This document shows, piece by piece, positions 51,856 to 64,000 of a stretch of DNA of 64,000 nt. Position 1 is the first letter of the stretch; each line of letters opens with the position of its first letter. Source of the DNA: the human T2T-CHM13v2.0 reference genome, Homo sapiens; the NCBI RefSeq assembly GCF_009914755.1, contig NC_060944.1. One strand, given 5' to 3'. The notes beneath the pieces are model-generated. The model worked only from the letters and a program-made list of their open reading frames with translations. It searched no databases and was not told the origin of the DNA. The translations under genes and the position numbers were made by a program.

Positions 51856-53098
51856 TCATTCTTAAAAATGTATAGAAGTGCATATATATTGTATGGATTC
51901 TGTGCATCCTACCTCGCATGCTCTTTTCCTTGCACAGTGTGCATTGGCGACCCATCTGCATTGAGGCAGGCAGCTGCCATTCGTTGGCACTGCTGGGCAT
52001 TCTTCCCTTATATGAATATGTTAATACCACGATATAGTATCTGAAGTCCATGTTGATGAACATTTGGATGGTTTTTATTTTTTGCTATTACAAACAACAG
52101 CGCTGGTAACATCCACTTGCCCTCTTCCCTCTTTCACATGGCACCTTCTTGTTCTTGGAGGTCTCAGCTCTAACAATGTAACCCCACCAACCCCCCGCTC
52201 CAGCTAATGGGTTCTCTGTCCCCACATGTGCCTCCCAAGCTGGCTTTTGATGGTGCTCCCTCTGTTTTTCCTTCTGGCATCTACTCCGTGTGGTCAACAT
52301 TCAGTTATCTTTTCCTGTCTGGAGCTAGAGGGTAAGCCCCATGAAGGCAGGCAGAGTAGTGGGTTTTTTTCCCCAGTCCCCTCCATCCCTGATGCTTTGC
52401 ACAGGGCCTGGCACACAGTAGGTTCGCAAGAAAAATTGTTGGATCAGGAATGGCTGAGAATTAGCTTCCTCTCTTTGGGCTTCAGTTTTCCCATCTGCAC
52501 AGTGAAAACTTTAGATAATTTCGGGGTGATTTTAGGTTTAGCCTTTGAGAGGTGCCTCAGTGGCCGCCACAAAATATCGGAAGACCCCAACTTTCAGCAG
52601 AGCTGGCCTTGTTTCCCTTGTGTCTTAGATTGGTCTCTATGGCAGATTATGTTTAAAAAGAATAGCCACCATTTATTGAGCGCTCACTACGTGATAGGCA
52701 TGCTGTCAGCTGGCAGATGCATTTCCTCATTTTGGCCACTCATTAACCCTCAGAAGTAGCACTGTTACTATGCTCTTTATAAAGAGGGGTAAACTGAGGC
52801 AAAGAGAGGTGAAGTCACTTGTCAGAGGACTAGCAAAGGAGGGAGCTGGGATTTGTAGCACAAGAGACTATCAGAGCCCATTCGCCAACCCTGGTGCAGC
52901 CCTGCCCCACTGGTACCACAGCTTTAAAGAAGTGGGGTGGGAGGCAGAGGAGGAGGACGGTGAAGGACAAGGGTGAAGAGAAATGTTTGGATAAGTTTGA
53001 CAGCCACTCTTCTGAAGGGCTTTGCCAGCCGCAGCATTCGGGTGTCCCTAGTCACGGGGGCTCCGTCACTTCCCTATCCCCCTGTTTCCCGGCCCTGA

Positions 53099-53377
53099 TG
53101 GGTCTTGCTCTGTCACCCAGGAGGCTGGAGTGCAGTGGCGTGATCACAGCTCACTGCAGCCTGGAACTCCCGGGCTCAAGTGATGTTCCCCATCAGCCTT
53201 CCTAGTAGCTGCGACTACAGGCGTGCACCACCATGCCCAGCTAAGTTTTAAATGTTTATATAGACACAGGGTCTCACTATGTTGCCCAGGCTGGTCTCGA
53301 ACTCCTGGCCTAAAGCAATCCTCCTGTCTTGGCCTCTCAGAGCACTGGGATTAAAGTGTGAGCCACTGTGCCTGGCT
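53099..53377 (-). mobile_element. Alu (AluJ-like) without polyA tail
   Basis: Begins directly at gggtcttgctctgtcaccc after unique sequence. Confidence 0.88.
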
Positions 53378-54024
53378 GAGATTTATTGATCACATAGATA
53401 CCTATATTATTCTAAGTGTTTTTCAAGTGACAACTCATTTAATCTTCATAACTGTCCTGTGACGTAGATAGTATCAGTTTTATCAGTATTTTATGGAGAT
53501 TAAGTAACAGAAGCACAGAAAGGTCAAGTAACTTGCACAGAGTCACACAGCTGGTAAGATGTGGACCCAGCTTTGAATCCAGGCAGTCCAGCTCCAGAAT
53601 CCTTGTGCTTCACATCACCACACGCTGCCTTCACCATCACGTGTCAGTTCCACACAAGTGGATGCCCACAATGGTTGGGAGTAAGGGGAAAAGGAGTAGG
53701 GCTTGAGGAAAAAATAAAAGTGAAGCGTGTGATGATAATGAGCTATGCTTGAGAAATGGGATTAACTCAGCTCTCTGTACTTGATAGAAAAAAGAAGGAG
53801 AAGGAGGAGAGGAAAGAAGAAGAAGGAAATATTTAACTGGACTCTCCGGGGCTTAATTATAACAACTGTCTGGCACCTAAGGTCCTTCCCTAGCTGGGCT
53901 TGCTGCTTCTCTAATCTCATTTCCCTACGTTTCTCACGGTGCTCCAGTCACTCCAGGCCACACCTGATCCCAGAAACCTACTTGTTCCTACTTTGAGCCT
54001 TTGCTTGTGCTGTTTCTTCCATTA

Positions 54025-54375
<351 letters not shown>

Positions 54376-55525
54376 CTACACATCCATCAAAACCTGGCCT
54401 AAAGGCCCTCTCCTCAATGGAACCTTTTCCAGCCTTTCACTTCTTGGGGTTCCCACAGCCCTTTACATGTCTCTATTCTGGTTGGCTCACCTGCTAGCCA
54501 GTGAGCTCCTGGAGGACAGGGATGGGTCTGGCTCATCTCTTTAACCGCCATGCTGAGCCCAGAGCCTGGTAAATGGTGGGTGCTCTATAAGCTCGTGCCC
54601 AGTCACTCACCTTTACAGCTCCAGTGTCTGGCTGACAGTGGGTGCTCAGTACATGTGGTTGGACAGATCAATGAGTGAATATTTGACGGAAGGGTGAATA
54701 ATGACATCAAGGCTGCATTCCAATAACAGCACAATCCCAGTGCTGAGAAAACAATTCACAGCCCTGGATTCATATCATGGAATTCTGATTCCTAGGCCCC
54801 TTTGTTCCCAGAGCTATCCGATGATGCTGAAGAAGAGTCCCTGGGCATCATCTGTTCCAGCTGTGTGACCTTGAGCAAGTTGTTTAACCACCTTGTGCCC
54901 CAAGATTCTCATCTGCATAAAGAAGAGAAATAGCTACACCTTCCTCATGGGCTAGTTACAAGGATGAAATTTGATCATATGTGCCAAGCACTTAACACAA
55001 CACATGAACATCACGGCATTGGCATGTCAGCTATGCCAATGACTCTATTTATACCTGAATTTTTATTTGAAATAATTTCAGACTTACAGAAAGTTTGCAA
55101 TAATAATACAAAGAATTCCTACATACCATCACCCAGATTCCTTAAATGTTAACATTTTGCATTCTTTGCTTTTTCATTCTCTCTCAGCATATATTTTTGT
55201 CCAGTGCCTGAATTGTTGGAAATAAGTTGCAGACATGTTGACTCTTTACCTCTAAGTTAATTATCCCATGTATATTTCTAAAAACAAGAATATTCTCTTA
55301 CAAAATCGCAGGACAGATAGAAAAATCAGGACACTGATACAATGCTATTGTCTATCTTATAGACCTATTGAAATTTTTTCAGTTCTACTAATGTCCTTTG
55401 TAGCAAATAAACAAAAAGATTTCTACCCCCCCACCCCACCCACTCAGTAACCAGTCCAGGACACATGTTGTATTTAATGTTTATGTCTCTTTAGTCTTCT
55501 TTTTAGTCTTATCTGGAGCAGTTTC

Positions 55526-55843
<318 letters not shown>

Positions 55844-55862
55844 TGAAGAGTTTAGGCCAGTT

Positions 55863-56209
<347 letters not shown>

Positions 56210-59200
56210 TGAAAAGTTTAGACCAGTTGTTTTGCAGATTGTCCCTCTGTTTGGATTTTTGTGTTATTTCTTTATGCTTGGATTCAGATCAGGCACTTGT
56301 GGCAAGAACACCGCATCAGTGACGCTTTGTCCTTCACAGTGCGTCCCATCAGGGGGCCCATGATGCCTGCCGACTTGCCCCACTATTAGCAATGTTCACT
56401 GTGATCATTTGGTGAAGGTGGTGTCTGCCAGTTTTCCCTACTGTAAAGTTACCATTTTTCTCTTTGTAATTAACGAATACCTTATAGGAAGATACACTGA
56501 TACTATGTAAATATTCTGTTTCTCTTTATATTTCCTGCCCATATATTTCCTAGCAGGATGATCTATTTTGCAATAGATGCAATTATTATTTGATAAAGGA
56601 ATACATAAACATGGACCAATATTCCAACAGTATAAAAGAGTGTAAGGCAAATCTCCCACCCACTCCGTCCCCAGCCACCCCGATCCTCTCCCCAAGCCAT
56701 CCCTAGTCTCACTGTTTCTTGTGTCCTTCCAGAAATGTTCTATGCATAGACAAGCGAATCCACTCATCCATCTTCTTCTCGAGTTATGTGCATGCAGAAG
56801 GTAGCTAAATAGACACATGATCTGCATCTTGTTTTATTTCATTTAATATTTTGGAGACCATTTCATATTTGAACACAAAGAGAGATCTCTTGCTGATTTT
56901 AGAAACTTATGTCCATCTGAGGTGCAATCCCAGGGTAGTCAATCTCTTTCAGGTTCACAAATAAGGAAGCTGAGACTCAGAGTGGGGAAGGGACAGGTCC
57001 CAATGTCAGAGGCAAAACAGACTTGGAAACCAGCCTGGAACCCCTGAATAAGAGAGTTGACAGGTCTTACTATTGGGGAACCAGTCCTTCCAAGGGCCTT
57101 TTCAACAAAATGCCAGACCCAGGCTCATGCCCCCGTTCTCAGCCTGGCTTCTCCCTCCTTCCCCCCTCCTCCCCTGGGTCCCTTCTTAACTCTCGTTAGG
57201 GACTCCCCTCCAGCTCCCTGCTGGGCCAGGCCTTGGGAGCCCCATTGATCCTCTGACAGCCCAAGACAGATTGGTGGGGAGTGTGTATTCAGGTGCAGGC
57301 GCCAGCACATGGAGGCCAGATGAGAATGGGGTGGAGGGGGTCAGGGGCCTGCTGGGGTGGGGGGATTGAGGATTGAGGAAGGCCAGGATAGTGCATCCCA
57401 CAGACACCTGCCTCCCCTCTTTCTCCCCCACCAATTCCTGCCCTTCTTGGGGCTTCTGTTCCTCCCGCCTCCTCTTGCCAGGCGTGGGCAGGCCAGAGGG
57501 GCTGGGGCAGGGCCTGGGAGGCCTGGGGGTGTAGCAGAGAGAAGTCGGGATGGGGAGTGAGCCTTGCTTGGTTTGATCTCAGCTCAGGCCCTCTTGTGAG
57601 ACTCAGGCAGATGACATCTCTTGAGCCTCCGTCTCCTCGGGGCAATAAGAAGGAAATAAACTTCATACAGCGTCCAGCAGCCAGTGAGGCATGGCCAGTA
57701 AAGGTCTCCATGTCCTTCATTGGCCTCTTAAGGCTCCCACTGCATTGTTCCTGTCTGATTATGGAAGCCCCCAAGCCAAGGCGGCCCCTCGGCTCTGCCT
57801 GCGGAAAGTTTTCCCTTCACCTGCGCAGACCAGGCCGATGTGGCCTCCAGAATGGAGGGGTCAGCCTAGGTTGCCTGTGACAACTCTGAAAGGCCTTAGG
57901 AGGCACAGCATCTCAAGTGCACACCCGAGTATGGCGTGATCTGCAAGGGGAATAGGGGCTGGGGGGAGACATAGGCTTTGAAGATGAATCAGGCTGGAGC
58001 AGGGTGGAAGTGGGCTCAGGGAGATGGAGCAGGAGGGGTTGGTCAGGGAAGAGGGAGCTCAAGGGAGGAGACATAAGCGCAGAGAGTGAGATAGATAGGG
58101 ACCCAGCAGCAAGTGGGCTCAGAGAGGGGCTGTGGTGCAGAGAGAATGAGACTCAGATGGGGGCTGTAGACTCAGAGAGAGAGATGGGGACAAAAGGGGA
58201 GTGGGGGCTCAGGCAAAGGGATGAAGGCAGAGATGGGAAAATTGGGAGGGAGGGGAGCATCCGTTTTGGGAGGGAAGTGTCAGTTTTGAGCACACACAGT
58301 CCTCTGCAGCTTGAGGAGGAGGAAGGCTGGGTCTGTGGAGGGTGGGGAGCGGGTGGCACCAGAACAAAGCCCCGGGGGTAGCAGCCTGGGCCCTGCAGCT
58401 CCTTCGCAGCTGACAGTCCCTGAGCTAATTACCATTAATGAGCAGCTGGGCCCAGTTTCCCGGGATTTGCATTCACTGTGCTAGTCAGCGCCACTGTGGA
58501 TGGAAGCCAGCGCCAGCCTTCTGGGGTGGGGGTGACTCAGGGAGCCGAGGTAAGATCGCTGGCTTCATGTGGGGCTGAAGAAGGTGTGGCTTTGCCTTTC
58601 CTGCAGGTTAGGAGATGGCCGAGGTACAATCGTGCCTGGAGGCAGGGCACTGGCATCATCCACCTGTCCTCAGCCAGGGCCGGGGTAAGGGTCTTGGGGA
58701 AGGAACAGGTCTTGTGGCCCTCAGAAGCCCTCAGACATTTGGTTGCAGGGGCCCTCAGATTGTGCAGCCAGCTGTCCACTGCGGAGTTGAGGGAATAGAC
58801 CACAGAGGAGCAACGTGCTGCTCAAACTCATACCAAGACAGCATTGCTCGTTAAGCGTGCCTGTGTCAGACGCTGTCCAAAGCACTTTACTGAATCTTCA
58901 CTACCAACCCCATGTGGTGGCTGTTATTAGCAATCCCATTTTACAGATGAGGAAACTGAGGCACAGAGCGGTCACACAGCCAGGGACCAGCAGGGCTGGC
59001 ATTTGAGCCCAGTCCTCCTGACTGATCCCTGCTGGGCAATAGGGCTGAGGAGCTCTCAGACCTGGGTTTTCCCTTGTGATGGGGGCTAACAGTGCCTCTC
59101 TCCCCCTAATTCCACTCTCTGCAGGGATGCCGGTATGTTTGGTGCCCCTGGCAGGGTTGGGAGGTGAGACTTAAGTACAAATAAATAAACAGGGAGCAGA

Positions 59201-60467
59201 TGGTTGTGGGGGGAGTGGTGGTGCTGGGAGGGATAGGGCCAGGGCCTCCCACTTCTCCTTGGGAAAACATTTCTGGGCTGGAGCAAATGGATTCCAGACT
59301 CAGGACCTGGGAGCCCCTTCCCCAGGCCTGCCCTCCTGCCTGCTGGCCTCAGACCTGGCCCAGCCCTTGGGAGAAATGGTGGGCTGGGGTCCCGAGTCTT
59401 GGGTTCTGCCCATCCCTCATTTCTCTCTCTTCTTCCTGTGTGGCCTTGAGCAAGTCCCTTTACCTTTCTGTGCCTCTATTTCCTCATCTGTCAAATGAGT
59501 GGAAGGAGAATGAACTTTATCAAGTTTCTGTTCAAGGGCCACCTCCCCTGGGAAGCCTTTCTTGATTGCTCCAGGCAGCTTCTGTTAGAGCAACAGCCTC
59601 GAGTATCAAGGAGAACATAGGTATTTGTGTTTTTCATTTCACAACAATCCATTCAACAGATACTTTCTCAGGGTCACCTATGTGCCTGGCACGATGCCAC
59701 ACTCCAGGCTGACTCGTAGTTTTTCTCTGTAGCTCCAGTGCTGGCCCAGAGTAGCCACTAATAAACATGTGTCATGTGCATGAATGATGAGTGGGTGACT
59801 GAAAGGGAGCATGAGGAGCTGCAGTGTTTCCCAAACGTGGTACTTGTATCTTGGGGGTGGGAGTGGGGAGTGGATAAAAGATGATACGGGTGAACAGCAA
59901 CAAGTTATTAAATAACAATAAATCAACAGTGAAAAAGTTATTCCTTTTTCATTACCTCCCAGTCCTTCTTACAGGCCAAGGAGAAGGTCTCCGATGATGC
60001 CAGGAACGTGTTTCTAGCACCTGTGGATCTCTCTTTCTCTCTCTCTCTCCCCCAACTCCCGCAAAACCCACCCCAAGAAGGCTGGTCTTGGGCTCAGAGC
60101 TTCTACAGACAACACTATCTAGAATTTGAGAATGTTGTTTGGTTTCCATTTTATTCATTTTGGTCAGTTACCTTTTATTTGTGACAAGGGATTTTGATTT
60201 TTCCTTTGTTTGGACATGGCCAGTGGGAGTTGGAAGTGTTTGGCACTTTCTGATGAAGTGATCAGGACCAGGGTGGGGAAGAGGGCTCGACTGAAAAGGG
60301 GCACGAGAGCACTTGTGGGGTGATGGAAATGTTCTGTGTTTTGCTTGTGGTCGTAGTTACATGGCTGTGTACATTTTTCAAAATGCATTGCACGATAACA
60401 CTTAAAATAGGTGCATTTTATTGTATGTAAATTATACCTCAAAGTTGATTTAGAAACACATATTGAG

Positions 60468-60742
60468 GGCTGGGAATGGTGGCTTACGCCTGCAATCCTA
60501 GCACTTTGGGAGGCCAAGGTGGGTGGATCACCTGATGTCGGGAGTTCGAGAACAGCCTGGCCAACTTAGCAAAACCCTATCTTTACTAAAAATACAAAAA
60601 AATTAGCCGGGCGTGGTGGTGCATGCCTGTAACCCTGGCTACTCAGGAGGCCGAGGCATGAGAATTCTTGAATCTGGGAGACAGAGGTTGCAGTGAGCTG
60701 AGATTGCACTACTGCACCCCAGAGCGAGACTCTGTCTCAAAA
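60468..60742 (+). mobile_element. Alu (AluS-like)
   Basis: TSD-like CACATATTGAGG / CACATGTTGAGG. Confidence 0.9.
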
Positions 60743-60796
60743 CCACCACCACCACCAGCACCACCACCAGCACCACCACCACCACCACCACCAGCA
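60743..60796. repeat. (CCA)n trinucleotide repeat with GCA interruptions
   Basis: Seen directly; occupies the Alu tail position. Confidence 0.95.
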
Positions 60797-61758
60797 CATG
60801 TTGAGGATATTAAGTAGATAATAATACAGATGGCATGTAGGTGTGGCCAAAGTCATGAAGGTTGCCCACCACACGGTAAACTTTGTAGTCAGTGAATAAA
60901 TGGATAGATAGGAGATAGAATGGAGGAATGCATGAATGGGTAAATGAGCAAGCGAATGAATACCTATCTCATCCATTCTACACAGCCCCAGCACATTGGG
61001 AGGTTGTCCTATCTCAACTTGCATAGCTCCTAGAATGGGGGAACTCACTACCTTATGACATAGCCCTTTCCACATCTGAACCACTAGGAGTGTGTAAAAG
61101 ACATTTTCTCATATTAAGTTTATCTTTCTGGAGATCCTGTGCTCTCTGGGGCCCCACAGACACATCTGCTTCCCTGTCTGGGGACAGCCCAAACACTTGC
61201 CCTCCCCAGGCTGCCCTTCTCTGGGCCCTTCTGCCCAGATGCTTGGCTGCTGTGCCCACCAGGTCCTGCTTGCACAGAGCTTATATCCTAGTGGGCGGCA
61301 GGACAAAGAACAAGCACACAGGCACACAAACACAATGATTCCATGCTATGAAGGAAATGCAGAGTGAGACTGTTGGGAAGAGCATGGCGGGGTGTGGAGA
61401 GGCAAGGGGAGTCTCTCTAGGAAGGTAATATTTGAGCTGGGACCTGAAGAATGCAACAAAGCCAGAAGAACAAGAGAAAGGGCATTCCAGATAGAGGCAA
61501 GAGCAAGTGCAAGAGCCCTGAGATCACAGAGCAATTGGAAACTAGGAAGCAGCCAGCCTGGCTGGACATGGACATTTTGGGTATTGATGGTGAAGAGCCT
61601 GGAATTGTTTTCTAAATTTGATCTCCAAACACTTTTAAGCAAGAGGTGATATGATATGACATATTTTAGCAGACAATGAATATTTCCTGAATTAAAATTG
61701 AAGACCCTTCTAGTTCCAATAGTTCCATGCTTCCCAAAGTGATACTGAAATGACTTCA

Positions 61759-62388
<630 letters not shown>

Positions 62389-62772
62389 AGACAATCATGT
62401 GATGGTTGCCAGAATGGCCTCCAGAGAGGGCCTCCCTAGGCTGAATCCTGGCTCTGCCTCATCCTTGCCGTATGAGTCTGGGCCAAGGACCTTGCCTCTT
62501 TGAGCCTCAGTTTTTACATCTGCAAAGTGGGGGTCATAATTGTCCCTGTCTTATTGGCTTGTTGTGAGGATTAAATGACTTTATATTGGAGAACAGGGCC
62601 CAGCATGTCAAAAGTACTTTCTGTTTGTTAAATACAATGAAAAAGGGTGAGGACATGCAGAAGCAAGATTAATCCTTTTTCAATCTCTTCCAGTCCTGAT
62701 TCCTGCAAGGAGAGTCAGGGTTGGTGGGGATGTGTATCTCTAACACCAGCCCAATCTGGAGGAAGTTAGTAA

Positions 62773-63180
<408 letters not shown>

Positions 63181-63283
63181 TAAAACAAAAGCAAATAGAT
63201 TTAGAAATTCAAGGGCCATGGTCCCTGAGGTAATGGCAAGCCCTCCTGTCCCAAATGGCCCAAATTGTGCAGGTGGTCACTGA

Positions 63284-63614
<331 letters not shown>

Positions 63615-64000
63615 AGAAACCTGTTTCTAAGCTCAGCACAGGGAATAGCTCCTTTTTCAAGTTATGTCCTGATCCGGATCACTTCTTTCTACCCGTGTGC
63701 AATCCACCAAGCATCACCTGGGGCTCTGGTGACAGCAGCATCCCCTTCACCTTCTTTCTCTTCCTGCTCCACTCGGCAGCCAGAGCCAGACCATGTCCTT
63801 CCTCTGCTCAAAGCCTCACAAGGCTCCCAGCTCACTTGGAGAAAAAGCCGAAGTCCTCACCCAGCTATGAGGCCCCTCCCAAGCTGATGACCCTCACCCC
63901 TCCTCACCCCTCCAGCCTCGTCACCTGCCCAGCCACAGCCCTTCTCCCACCTCCACTGACCCCACCACACTGGCCTCCTTGCTGCTTCTTGAACACTCAC

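Larger units (their letters stand above)
59822..60885. mobile_element. hAT-Charlie-like element carrying a nested L1M 3' fragment (~60300-60455) and an Alu
   Basis: CAGTGTTTCCCAAA hAT-type terminus; similarity to 12240-12650. Confidence 0.5.

Noticed and set aside
58479-58490. Possible NRF2 ARE (GCTGACTAGCA on the minus strand)
   Set aside because: The spacer is one base short of TGACnnnGC.
60737-61084. Poly-Trp ORF
   Set aside because: Translation of the (TGG)n strand of the microsatellite.

Overview
Primate (almost certainly human, consistent with 20p13) genomic DNA with one protein-coding gene, the bHLH transcription factor TCF15 (paraxis), on the minus strand. Coding exon 1 is 33974-33450, a 5,047-bp GT-AG intron follows, and coding exon 2 is 28402-28328 (199 aa in total). 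Two AATAAA signals lie near 28.0 kb. The promoter is a CpG island with a TATA-like box, four CCAAT boxes and a perfect 23-bp tandem duplication. The remainder is intergenic and dense in repeats: about 46 Alu/FLAM copies, a 5'-truncated L1PA, older L1M/L2/MIR fragments, MLT1 LTRs and Tigger/MER/Charlie DNA transposons. Nearly all other ORFs in the track are Alu-derived, microsatellite-derived or GC-shadow artefacts. I see no evidence of a new multi-gene biological system. The best observations are small structural scars and candidate cis-regulatory elements. The scars are a 40-bp templated insertion with repair signatures, a ~110-bp local copy inside a microsatellite, reused Alu target sites and a 56-bp flanking duplication. 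Repeat subfamily names and boundaries were assigned by eye and are approximate.
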